Shown here: positions 18,419-27,295 of the stretch, one piece after another
Layout of the letters: each line of letters opens with the position of its first letter
How positions within the stretch are numbered: position 1 is the stretch's first letter
Virus record (IMG/VR): IMGVR_UViG_3300045988_115146
Direction: 5' to 3' (one strand)
Origin: a virus
Length of the DNA: 64,000 nucleotides
Translations under genes and position numbers: made by a program
Notes under the pieces: generated by a model
Databases searched by the model: none
The model's input: only the letters and a program-made list of their open reading frames with translations
What the model was told of the DNA's origin: nothing

Positions 18419-19283
18419 TATGAGTTATATTAGTAATCATATCCATAATGGTCATCTAATAAGCAACCTTAGGAGAGAAGTATGGGATATAGAACTAGAT
18501 ATGTTAGATCTAGTAGTTAATATATGTGACAAGATAGGAGTAAAATATTATCTTGATGCAGGTACACTATTAGGTGCAGTTAGACACCAAGGATTCATAC
18601 CTTGGGATGATGATATCGATTTGGTAATGTTCAGAGATGAATATGATAAGTTTATATCATACTGTAGGGAAAATTTAGAATATCCATATTTCTTACAAGT
18701 ACCAGAAACTGATACTTCTATTTATCAACATGCAAAGATAAGGAGGAGTGATACAACAGCTATATTAGAAAGGGATCTAGAAGCTAATTGGGATTTTAAT
18801 CAAGGCATATTCATAGATATATTCCCATTAGATAGAGTTCCAGAAGATAAGGGGAAAAGGGAAAGATTTCTATATGAATTGCAATTAATTAAACTAGAAC
18901 TCTTCTTTTTAAAGAATAGGAGCTGGAAATTTGCTAATATTCCCCTTGAAAGGGAAAGAATGAATTACCTTAAAAACCTTTATGAAAAGAATAGGAAAAG
19001 GTATAATAACACTCAAGAGAATTGTTGGGCAACATTAGCTTTTCCTGAACATAACAATATCATAAAGAATATTGATTTTTACAAGAACCAATATCCGGAT
19101 GTATTCTTAACATTTGAAGGTAGAAATTTGAGAGTACCGAATATTTACCATGGAGTATTGGAAGACATATATGGAGAGGATTACTTAACTCCCAAGAAAT
19201 ATTCTGGATTACATGGTAGGATATTGGTGAATACTCATAAAACATATAAAAACAATATGGAAGACTTTCAAATATTGAAGTAG
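18411..19283 (+). CDS. LicD-family phosphotransferase (CDP-alcohol dependent, fukutin/LicD type)
   Basis: [36 protein letters not shown] is the hallmark LicD motif. 8-nt overlap with the cytidylyltransferase gene. Confidence 0.8.
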   Translation: MNNMSYISNHIHNGHLISNLRREVWDIELDMLDLVVNICDKIGVKYYLDAGTLLGAVRHQGFIPWDDDIDLVMFRDEYDKFISYCRENLEYPYFLQVPETDTSIYQHAKIRRSDTTAILERDLEANWDFNQGIFIDIFPLDRVPEDKGKRERFLYELQLIKLELFFLKNRSWKFANIPLERERMNYLKNLYEKNRKRYNNTQENCWATLAFPEHNNIIKNIDFYKNQYPDVFLTFEGRNLRVPNIYHGVLEDIYGEDYLTPKKYSGLHGRILVNTHKTYKNNMEDFQILK

Positions 19284-19288
19284 GTTAT

Positions 19289-19322
19289 AGACAGTATACC
19301 GTAAAAAGTATACTGTCTTATT
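19289..19322 (+). terminator. Rho-independent terminator
   Basis: Perfect 11-bp stem AGACAGTATAC/GTATACTGTCT, 8-nt loop, then TATTGT. Confidence 0.65.
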
Positions 19323-19403
19323 GTCGAATAAGCTAAAGAATCTCAACAGAGTTATGGTTTATTAAATAACTATTGAATACTGCAATATTTAATAATATTA
19401 TAG

Positions 19404-20972
19404 ATGGAGTCAAGATATGCCATAATAAAGAGTTTTTCACAGGTTAAGAAACTTGTGAAAGCTTGTTTGAAGACAGGTATAGCTTCAATAGACTATGAGA
19501 CTAATGCTGAAGGCATATACAATAAAACATTTAGACCAACAATTCTATCAGTAACTTTCCAGGTTGGTTCTGGAGTATCTATTCCATTATGTCATCATGA
19601 ATATGATAACCCTCATTGGAAAAAATGGCTTCTATACTTTGGTAGAAAAGTAGTTGAGAATCCAAAAGTAACTAAAGTAGGTTGGAATCTGAAGTTTGAC
19701 CTTCAGATATTCGAGTTGTATGGTATATATGTAAGAGGTACAGTACTTGATGGTATGTTAATGAAGTATCTCTTAAATGAAGAGAAACCAAATGACCTTA
19801 AATCAATGGTTCGTAGGTATTTACCAGAACACGGAGATTACGAAAAAGCTGATAAGTTTGATAAGATACCATGGAATAAAAAGCCACTGGAACCACTCTG
19901 CAAATATGGATGTCAAGATACCGATTATACCCTACGATTATCTATGTTCTTTGAGAACAAATTGATAGAAATAGGTATGTATCCATTATTAAGGCATCTG
20001 ATAATGCCAGCATCAAGAGTATTACAGCATGCAGAGAAAACTGGTTTATACCTTGATAGGAAATTCAATCAGGAATTACTTGAATCTTACAAGCCAAAGA
20101 TTGATCAAGCAACTTTAAATTGCTTGAATCTTCCCAGAGTTAAAAGATTCTCTAGATGGCTTATCCAAGAAAGAATAAGCAAATACATTTCTTCAATTGA
20201 AATGGAACTTGAAGACTTGGATTATAGTGATCCAAAAAATGCAAGGAAGATAGCTAGCAGGGAACAAAAAATATCTAACATAAGAGCTGGTGTATATACA
20301 ACCAAGAAAGAATTAGAATTAACCCGTGATATAAATCTTGGTAGTAAAGTAGACTTACCAATGTTGTTATATTCTGAAAAGGGGTTCAAATTCCCTATTA
20401 TAAAATATACGAAGGATAAGACTACAAATCGTGATACTGATAAGCCGAGTACTGATGAGGATACATTGGTAGAACTTCGGTTGTCAATTAAGAATCCCGA
20501 AAGTCCCAAAGCAATATTCTTGGATAATCTACTCAAGTTGAGAGGATTGAAGAAGATGTACACTACATATATAAAAGGGTGGCACGATAAAGTACAGGAT
20601 GATAATAAATTACATGGAAGATTTTTGATACATGGAACAACTAGCGGGAGATTGAGTTGCATAGGCGGAGATACAAAAGTATTAACTCAATATGGAGAAA
20701 TACCAATTATAGATATTAAGGATTGGATTGGTGAAGGATTATGTGCCATGACTAAAGATGGGTGGCAATTAATAGAAAACTTCATATATAAGGGTGTTGA
20801 TGATATGTATGAAGTAACACTTGAAGATGGTACTTCTATTCAATGTACTTTAGATCATAAATTTATAACTAATAAAGGTACTAAAAGATTAAGGGAAATT
20901 TACAATAAATACCGAAATACTATTGATTCTAAAATTAAACTTTTAAGATATGTCCCAGACTACGAACAATAG
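19404..20972 (+). CDS. Family A DNA polymerase, N-terminal fragment (3'-5' exonuclease + palm start) fused to split-intein N half
   Basis: Exo I SIDYET, Exo II WNLKFD, Exo III YGCQDTDY. Extein ends HGTTSGRLS at 20657. Then CIGGDTKVLT...TLDH... (104 aa, intein blocks A/B) and TAG. Confidence 0.85.
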   Translation: MESRYAIIKSFSQVKKLVKACLKTGIASIDYETNAEGIYNKTFRPTILSVTFQVGSGVSIPLCHHEYDNPHWKKWLLYFGRKVVENPKVTKVGWNLKFDLQIFELYGIYVRGTVLDGMLMKYLLNEEKPNDLKSMVRRYLPEHGDYEKADKFDKIPWNKKPLEPLCKYGCQDTDYTLRLSMFFENKLIEIGMYPLLRHLIMPASRVLQHAEKTGLYLDRKFNQELLESYKPKIDQATLNCLNLPRVKRFSRWLIQERISKYISSIEMELEDLDYSDPKNARKIASREQKISNIRAGVYTTKKELELTRDINLGSKVDLPMLLYSEKGFKFPIIKYTKDKTTNRDTDKPSTDEDTLVELRLSIKNPESPKAIFLDNLLKLRGLKKMYTTYIKGWHDKVQDDNKLHGRFLIHGTTSGRLSCIGGDTKVLTQYGEIPIIDIKDWIGEGLCAMTKDGWQLIENFIYKGVDDMYEVTLEDGTSIQCTLDHKFITNKGTKRLREIYNKYRNTIDSKIKLLRYVPDYEQ

Positions 20973-22004
20973 GCAAAAGGTATTCAAAGATAAATCTATC
21001 AACGGTCCAAGGAGAAAATTAAAGTTAATAGTAGAGGATGGTAAAAGATATATAAAGAAAGAAGATCTTTTACATTACTTCTTTCAAGAGAATTGGAATA
21101 TAGAAGACTTTAATTATCATTTTGGCATTGGTCATAGGATAGTGAGAGGTTCTCTATATAAATGGTTTACTAGGGAAGAAATAGAGGAATCTCATAGAAA
21201 GAAGATTGCTAATAAACAGATTGGTAGTAATAATTCTAATAGGATTAATTGGTATAAACCCCGTAAGCTTATACCTTTATTGGATTTAGAAGAAGCCGTT
21301 AAAAAATCTACTTGTAAACAGGATTTGAAGGAGAGACTACAATTAACTTCTTGGGAATTGTCACACATACAACAGTTCTATAACTTTAAACTACCAAATA
21401 GATCTCCTTTACTTAATACTAAACTACAGTATTCTCTTTCTAGATGTGATATAAAACTTTTATGTAAAGTTATTACTGGAATGGGATGGGAAGATGTATT
21501 TTTCTATAATACTCCTAAGGCTATCTATAAAATGGATTGTCTTATTTGGGAACTTAGGAAGATAAATCGTTCTTTGAGGAGAGCTTTTAGGAAACAGATA
21601 GTAGATAATGGTATTAAGTTTCCTACAAATTTGATAGAGTATAAATTTCACAAAGCTCTAGAAAAAATGGATATAGAGCATGAAATACAATATTATATAC
21701 CAGAACATAATATACATCTAGACTTTTTAATAAAAGGTCATTACAACTTGGAATTAGATGGAAATTTGCATGAAGAAGAAGCAGATAGTGGTAGAGACCG
21801 TATTCTCAAATCTCTTGGCTATAAAATTATAAGACTAGATTTAAAATCTCTAAATCTTACTAGATTCTCAAAAGAAAAGGAGGTAAGGAAATGTATAAAG
21901 AAATTGGTATTACCAAAGTTAAACCAATAGGTAAGAAAGGTGTATATGATTTATCCGTTATGAACTGTCATCAGTTTGTGGCTAATAATATCCTAAATCA
22001 TAAT
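20658..22004 (+). mobile_element. Split intein (IntN 20658-20969, IntC 21891-22004) with an embedded free-standing endonuclease gene
   Basis: Inserted in the invariant GRLS|S..PNLQ motif. 1347 nt (449 codons), so both polymerase halves share one frame. IntC ends VANNILNHN followed by Ser. Confidence 0.8.
20950..21930 (+). CDS. Free-standing homing endonuclease, Vsr/DUF559-like PD-(D/E)XK domain
   Basis: Different frame from the polymerase halves and overlaps both. C-terminus HEIQYYIPEHNIHLDFLIKGHYNLELDGNLHEEEADSGRDRILKSLGYKIIRLD matches the Vsr-like ..DF....l.iE.DG..H...D..Rd..L...G...iR pattern. Confidence 0.65.
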   Translation: MSQTTNNRQKVFKDKSINGPRRKLKLIVEDGKRYIKKEDLLHYFFQENWNIEDFNYHFGIGHRIVRGSLYKWFTREEIEESHRKKIANKQIGSNNSNRINWYKPRKLIPLLDLEEAVKKSTCKQDLKERLQLTSWELSHIQQFYNFKLPNRSPLLNTKLQYSLSRCDIKLLCKVITGMGWEDVFFYNTPKAIYKMDCLIWELRKINRSLRRAFRKQIVDNGIKFPTNLIEYKFHKALEKMDIEHEIQYYIPEHNIHLDFLIKGHYNLELDGNLHEEEADSGRDRILKSLGYKIIRLDLKSLNLTRFSKEKEVRKCIKKLVLPKLNQ

Positions 22005-23045
22005 TCTCAAGAACCAAACTTACAGCAAATCCCAAAGACTTCAGTAGACCCAAATATAAAGAAGCAATTAGTAGCCCCAGATGGTAAGTTGTACATGGCT
22101 CTTGACTACTCTCAAGCAGAGTTAAGAATCATGGCTCATCTGTCTGGGGATGAAACATATCTTGAGGCTTTTGCAAAAGGTCAGGATCCTCACCTTGCTA
22201 TTGCAGCAAAGAAGTATGGGGTATCATATGAGGAAGCATATAAAGCTTACAGTGATGAACAACACCCAGATCATAATCTTTGGAAGAACCGAAGAAAGCA
22301 GGCAAAACAGATTTGCTTCGGTATTATCTATGGTATTCAGAAGAAACTGCTTGCAGTTAAATTGTCAGATCCAAAAGCTGGTATTATTGTAACACCAGAT
22401 GAAGCTCAGCAGCAGTTAAATGAATTCTTCTATGAACATCCTAAGATTAAAAAGTTCATGATTCATCAAGAAAAGGTATTGATTAAGCATGGGTATATAA
22501 AATCTTTGTTCGGAAGAAAGAGAAGGTTACCTCAGGTATATTCCGATAATGAACAAGAAGCAGCATACGCAGTACGATTATCTGTTAATATGCCATGTCA
22601 ATCAGCAGCATCTGATATGAACTTATTTGCTTCAGTATTAAACTATTGGAAAATGAGACAAGGTAAGTTGCCATTTATGCAAGAGACTTGTAATGTTCAC
22701 GATGCTACCTACTATTTGGTGAGGCCAGAATATATAAATACATGGGTAGTACATGAAATATGGGAAACTTGTCGTAACCCTAATACAAAAGAATATTTTA
22801 ACTTTCAGATAGACGACGTCAATATGAGCATGGATTTTGTTATAGGACGTTCAATGGCAGAGGAATTACCATTTATACCCGGTTATGATTATAGGAAAAT
22901 GCTTAAACCAGATTTTAATCCAGATGAGTACTTAGAAGAACATCGTAAGTACAGAGGTATTGAAATAGAAGATTACCCTAAGTTGTATCCAGAAGAGATA
23001 GCTAGGAATAAAATGGAATTTGAGAAAAGGATATATGAAAGGTAA
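21891..23045 (+). CDS. Split-intein C half fused to family A DNA polymerase C-terminal fragment
   Basis: 38-aa IntC, then SQEPNLQQIP. Motif A LDYSQAELRIMAH, motif B RRKQAKQICFGIIYG, motif C NVHDATY. AAGGAGGT at 21877-21884 upstream of the ATG. Confidence 0.85.
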   Translation: MYKEIGITKVKPIGKKGVYDLSVMNCHQFVANNILNHNSQEPNLQQIPKTSVDPNIKKQLVAPDGKLYMALDYSQAELRIMAHLSGDETYLEAFAKGQDPHLAIAAKKYGVSYEEAYKAYSDEQHPDHNLWKNRRKQAKQICFGIIYGIQKKLLAVKLSDPKAGIIVTPDEAQQQLNEFFYEHPKIKKFMIHQEKVLIKHGYIKSLFGRKRRLPQVYSDNEQEAAYAVRLSVNMPCQSAASDMNLFASVLNYWKMRQGKLPFMQETCNVHDATYYLVRPEYINTWVVHEIWETCRNPNTKEYFNFQIDDVNMSMDFVIGRSMAEELPFIPGYDYRKMLKPDFNPDEYLEEHRKYRGIEIEDYPKLYPEEIARNKMEFEKRIYER

Positions 23046-23529
23046 TATACCATACTTTGATTGTTATCATGTTACAAGAAGTGGTGATGTATACTCCAAG
23101 TATAAAGACAAAGTTACTTGGAGGAAAATGGCTAAGAGAAAGAAGAATAATGGTTACATTATAGTAAGCTTAAGAAATAACGATGGGGTTAAGTATACAT
23201 TTAACATACATAGGTTAGTAGCTGAAACTTATATACCTAACCCAGATAATAAGCCATGTGTAGGTCATAAAGACAATAATAGGGAAAACAATACAGTAGA
23301 AAACTTATACTGGTGTACTCATAAAGAAAATACTAAACAATGTATAGATGATGGTAGATTTAATATACCAAGCCAAAAGTTAAATGATGAGTCTATAAAT
23401 AGTATGATAGAAGATTATGAAAGTGGTATGAGTAACATACAGATAAAGGCCAAATACAAAATAAGTATTATGACCATGTATAAATACTTCAACGAAAGAG
23501 GTGTTATATGGAAAAAAGTCAAAAGGTAG
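23020..23529 (+). CDS. Free-standing HNH homing endonuclease (NUMOD4 + HNH_3 type)
   Basis: YHVTRSGDVYSK...NGYIIVSL...IHRLVAETYIPNPDNKPCVGHKDNNRENNTVENLYWCTHKEN is a typical phage HNH_3 arrangement. Confidence 0.75.
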   Translation: MRKGYMKGNIPYFDCYHVTRSGDVYSKYKDKVTWRKMAKRKKNNGYIIVSLRNNDGVKYTFNIHRLVAETYIPNPDNKPCVGHKDNNRENNTVENLYWCTHKENTKQCIDDGRFNIPSQKLNDESINSMIEDYESGMSNIQIKAKYKISIMTMYKYFNERGVIWKKVKR

Positions 23530-23954
23530 TACGGTTATCCCAGATTAAGAAAAATACCTTGAAGATACTTTTTCAAGGGAAGACCTATGAGATTGATTTA
23601 GATCAGGAGCTCATGATTTATGAGAACTTGGTTAATCAGTCTTTAAGAAAGAGCCCTTCTAATTATGCTTTACTTGTAATGGTTAGGGATAGGCTTATCT
23701 ATAAAAGGGATAAGCTTGAAAAAGCCAAAGATCAAGCATATAGCAAGGCATGGCTTTATTATAAGGAGTCAGGTAATGTAAATAATGAGGCAGCTTCACA
23801 TAAGGCCGAAAATAATAAAGCCTATCAAGGAGCTTTGAAAAGGTATATGAAGGCAGAATACAATGCAAATAAGTTCATTGGAATATGTCGTGCATACGAG
23901 TCAAGAGAAAACATATTGAGAACTGTATCAGCTAACTTACGTAAACAACAGTAA
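23508..23954 (+). CDS. Hypothetical protein
   Basis: Co-directional ORF, helical and Lys-rich. No motif recognised. Confidence 0.5.
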   Translation: MEKSQKVVRLSQIKKNTLKILFQGKTYEIDLDQELMIYENLVNQSLRKSPSNYALLVMVRDRLIYKRDKLEKAKDQAYSKAWLYYKESGNVNNEAASHKAENNKAYQGALKRYMKAEYNANKFIGICRAYESRENILRTVSANLRKQQ

Positions 23955-23956
23955 CT

Positions 23957-24331
23957 ATGTCAAAAGTAGAATTAAACCTTCTTTCAGTAGAAGAAGCAAA
24001 ATGGTTAAACGAAAAACTGAAAGGTGTAGGAACACCAACAGGTGGGAGGGTATTAATTGTATCCCCGAAGGTAACATCAGAGACTAAAACTCAGAGTGGT
24101 CTTTATATCCCACAAGATCATGATAAGGATACTGTACCACGTAAAGGGGTAGTAATTCAAGTGGGGTATATTACCAAAGAACAGGAAGTAGATTATCCAG
24201 GTCTTCAGGTTGGTGCAGTAGTAACTTATGGTCTATATGCAGGTAAAGAATTAGATGTAATAGACCTTCCTGATCAGGTAACAACTATATTATCACTGAA
24301 CGAGATACTTTATATTGAAACCAATAAATAA
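23957..24331 (+). CDS. GroES-like co-chaperonin (Cpn10)
   Basis: PTGGRVLIVSPKVTSETKTQSGLYIPQ...PRKGVVIQVG...LQVGAVVTYGLYAGKE parallels GroES P..DRVLV....E.KT.gGI.lP....G.V.AVG...vGD.V. Confidence 0.65.
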   Translation: MSKVELNLLSVEEAKWLNEKLKGVGTPTGGRVLIVSPKVTSETKTQSGLYIPQDHDKDTVPRKGVVIQVGYITKEQEVDYPGLQVGAVVTYGLYAGKELDVIDLPDQVTTILSLNEILYIETNK

Positions 24332-25118
24332 AGCTATGAAAGAGAAAACTAAAAAGAGTTCAAGTAGTGTAATGACTACTAGAGAGAAAATGCTCGCTAG
24401 AAAGAAGGATTTAGAAAAGCGAGGTGGTGGTGGAGGGATGATATATCCAAAAGAAGGAACAATACGAGTACGTATTAAATCCCGAGGTGCCGATGAGGAA
24501 CTTGGTATAGAAGTTGTTCAATTCTACCTTGGTCCAAAGGATGGTGGTATCATATCCCCGGCAACATTTGATGAGCCATGTCCTTTCATGGAGAAATTCC
24601 AGGAGCTTAAGAATTCTGATGATCCAGATGATAAGGCACTTGCATCTAAGTTAGTACCGAGAAGAAGGTATATATTAGGGGTAATAGCTTATAAAGATAC
24701 AAAGGGAAAAGAGGTAGATCCTGATAAGATTGATAAACCCATGATGGTACCCCGTTCGGTATATCAGGATATCATAGATTTATACCTTGATGAGGAGGAT
24801 TGGGGTGATATGACCGATCCAATTGAGGGGTATGATATCAAGATTACTAGAACTGGATCAGGTAAGATGGATACCAGCTATTCTGTATCTCCATGCCAGA
24901 AAACAAAGCTTGATAAAAAATACAGAGAGGATGTAGATCTTGAGAAGGCAGTAAGAGCAAGTATCCTTCCCTATGATCAATTGGAAGAGAAGTTGGCATC
25001 TTTCCTTAATGAAGGAGGTGATGATGAGGATGAAGATGATGCACCCGTAAAATCTTCTAAGAGCAAGCTAGCAGATAAAAAGAAGAAAAACGGAAAGAAA
25101 TATAAGGGTGATATCTAA
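24315..25118 (+). CDS. Putative ssDNA-binding protein (acidic C-terminal tail)
   Basis: Position between chaperonin and RecA genes. C-terminal GGDDEDEDD tail as in phage SSBs. OB-fold not verifiable by eye. Confidence 0.35.
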   Translation: MKPINKAMKEKTKKSSSSVMTTREKMLARKKDLEKRGGGGGMIYPKEGTIRVRIKSRGADEELGIEVVQFYLGPKDGGIISPATFDEPCPFMEKFQELKNSDDPDDKALASKLVPRRRYILGVIAYKDTKGKEVDPDKIDKPMMVPRSVYQDIIDLYLDEEDWGDMTDPIEGYDIKITRTGSGKMDTSYSVSPCQKTKLDKKYREDVDLEKAVRASILPYDQLEEKLASFLNEGGDDEDEDDAPVKSSKSKLADKKKKNGKKYKGDI

Positions 25119-25143
25119 AATTTCTAGATATATACCCAAACAG

Positions 25144-25176
25144 AGAGTGGGATATAATTTATATCCCACTCTTTTC
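25144..25176 (+). terminator. Rho-independent terminator
   Basis: 14-bp arms AGAGTGGGATATAA / TTATATCCCACTCT, then TTTTC. Confidence 0.65.
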
Positions 25177-25194
25177 ATCTAATATCAAATAAGT

Positions 25195-26385
25195 ATGGCA
25201 AGAAAGGCAAAAGCTCCCAAGAAATCAGGGGGCAGGAAATTTAAGGTACCAACACAAAATGAGATACTCAAGAAGTATGGGTCATCTTTACAATTTAAAG
25301 CTAGTACCATAAATCATCATGGATTATGGATTCCATCTACTTTCTTTGCTCTCAATTATCAAATGGGTGGTGGTGTACCATTCGGTAAGATAATTGAAAT
25401 AATGGGTGAGGAATCATCTGGAAAATCACTGATAGCATATAACTTTGCTTATGCTACTCAACAACTAGGTGGTCATGTAATATGGGTAGATGCTGAACAA
25501 GCATGGATGAATTCATGGGCAGAAGAGAATGGATTGGATCCAGAAAGAGTAACAGTATTAAATGATACCCGTATAGAAACAATATCTGATGCAATAGCAG
25601 ACTTAGCAATATATTGGAGATCAAAGTTAGTGAATAATGAACCTATCATAGTTGTGATAGATTCAATAGCTGCTCTTGATTCAATAGAAGCCATAGATGC
25701 AAAGATGGCAGATGGTAAAGCCGAGATGGGTAACCGAGCTAAGCAGATATATAAGATGTTCAGAATAAGGAATGAATTATTCTATCGCTTAGGTGTAACT
25801 ATGGTGTGTATCAATCAATTGCGTAGTAAACTGGGAGCAGGATTTGGTCAAGATACTAACACAACTCCCGGAGGTGCTGCTCTTAAGTTTTATGCTTCAA
25901 TCAGGTTGGCTTTCTTTTCGGGTAAGACTCTAAAGATTAAGTATAAAGGTAAGGAAAGACGGGCAGGTAAGTATGTAACTATTCAGATGAAAAAGAACAA
26001 GGTATCTCCCCCAAGAGAAACCATATCTAAAGCCCCGATATATTTCAACCCAAAGTATCATGAGATTGGATTCGATAGATACTTCTGGTTAGAAGAATCT
26101 TTAGAAGATGCTGGTGTAATTGAAAAGCTTGGTGGAGGTACATACGTGTTCGAGGGTAATAAACTATGCCGTGGTGAAGATGCTTTCCATAGGTTGATAG
26201 AAGAAGATGGAGATCTTAGGAAAAAATTACTCAGGGCAGCAGGAATAAATACCATAGGAACTACTAAGCGTAAGCTAAAGAAGATTACACGAAATATGTT
26301 CCCTGTTGATGAAGATTTAGACTATGAATCTCAAATAGAATCAGATGATACAGAAGAAGATGAAATCATCCCAGACGAGGGGTAG
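25195..26385 (+). CDS. recA: RecA/UvsX-like recombinase
   Basis: GKIIEIMGEESSGKSLIAYNF (Walker A), VVIDSIAAL (Walker B), NQLRSKLGAGFG..TTPGG (L2-like loop). Confidence 0.85.
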   Translation: MARKAKAPKKSGGRKFKVPTQNEILKKYGSSLQFKASTINHHGLWIPSTFFALNYQMGGGVPFGKIIEIMGEESSGKSLIAYNFAYATQQLGGHVIWVDAEQAWMNSWAEENGLDPERVTVLNDTRIETISDAIADLAIYWRSKLVNNEPIIVVIDSIAALDSIEAIDAKMADGKAEMGNRAKQIYKMFRIRNELFYRLGVTMVCINQLRSKLGAGFGQDTNTTPGGAALKFYASIRLAFFSGKTLKIKYKGKERRAGKYVTIQMKKNKVSPPRETISKAPIYFNPKYHEIGFDRYFWLEESLEDAGVIEKLGGGTYVFEGNKLCRGEDAFHRLIEEDGDLRKKLLRAAGINTIGTTKRKLKKITRNMFPVDEDLDYESQIESDDTEEDEIIPDEG

Positions 26386-27295
26386 AAAGCCAAGAATGCT
26401 TATGGTAGTGGACGGTAGTAACCTTGCTCACCGTTCATACCATAAGTTTAAGAATCTTAAAGCTAATAATGGAGCTGGAACAGGATTAGTATATGGGTTC
26501 TTAAGAATATTTGGTTCATACCTTGTAAGGTTTAAGCCAAGTCATGTGGTAATTACATTTGATACACATAAGAGTAAATCATCAAACTTCCGTAATGACT
26601 TATTGGAGGGTTATAAAGCTCACAGAAGTAAGGTAAGTATGGATTATGAAGACTTCAATAAACAATTGGCTTTGTTGAGAAGGATATTGAGATTACTTGG
26701 AGTTCAAATGATCATAGACAATAAAGGATTGGGACATGAATCAGATGATTACATTGCTTGGTTGGTAATAAACCATAAAGGAAAATCACTGATAATATCT
26801 TCTGACAAAGACTTCTGTCAATTGTTAGATAAGAAGGTAAAGATATTCAACCCAAGTAAAGAAACTCTAGTACATAACCAGACATGTAGAGAGATAATGG
26901 GATATTCAGCAGAAGAATGTGTTGACTACTTAATACTCAACGGAGATAAGTCAGATGACATACCTGGTTATTATGGTATGGGAGAAGTAAAGACTAGATC
27001 ATTCCTTGATAAATTTGGTAGTATAGCAGATTTTATTAATGATAGTGAAGCAGAATTCAAAGGTATAGAAAGAGATCAATTAGAAGAGTTATATAAGAAG
27101 AATAAGTCTCTGATAGACTTGAGATCTGCTTTGAATCTGTATCCAATAAAGATAATCCCTTGGGTAAAAGGATGTACTAATAATATAAGGAAAGACAGGT
27201 TATTCATGGTATTAGATAAGTTTAACCTAAGATCTTTCAAGATACCAGATTTTTTAGAACCTTTCAAAAAACTACAGACTTATGTATCACGGTAA
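26345..27295 (+). CDS. 5'-3' exonuclease / flap endonuclease (PIN-type, RNase H-like)
   Basis: MLMVVDGSNLAHRSYH, ESDDYIAWL, SSDKDFCQL, NGDKSDDIPG match Pol I 5'-nuclease/FEN acidic clusters. True start may be Met18 (26396). Confidence 0.75.
   Translation: MIQKKMKSSQTRGRKPRMLMVVDGSNLAHRSYHKFKNLKANNGAGTGLVYGFLRIFGSYLVRFKPSHVVITFDTHKSKSSNFRNDLLEGYKAHRSKVSMDYEDFNKQLALLRRILRLLGVQMIIDNKGLGHESDDYIAWLVINHKGKSLIISSDKDFCQLLDKKVKIFNPSKETLVHNQTCREIMGYSAEECVDYLILNGDKSDDIPGYYGMGEVKTRSFLDKFGSIADFINDSEAEFKGIERDQLEELYKKNKSLIDLRSALNLYPIKIIPWVKGCTNNIRKDRLFMVLDKFNLRSFKIPDFLEPFKKLQTYVSR

Noticed and set aside
20970-20972. Possibility that the TAG ending the PolA N-fragment is a reassigned sense codon (as in TAG-recoded gut phages), which would make the intein contiguous
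   Set aside because: In the polymerase frame a TAA follows within 7 codons of the TAG, and the intervening 326-aa ORF is in a different frame. TAG, TAA and TGA all terminate well-supported genes in this window.
22150-22392. 80-aa ORF nested out of frame inside the polymerase C-fragment, and similar nested ORFs (for example 19777-19965, 55114-55317, 60994-61266)
   Set aside because: They lie within well-supported longer genes with conserved motifs, and nothing independently supports them.
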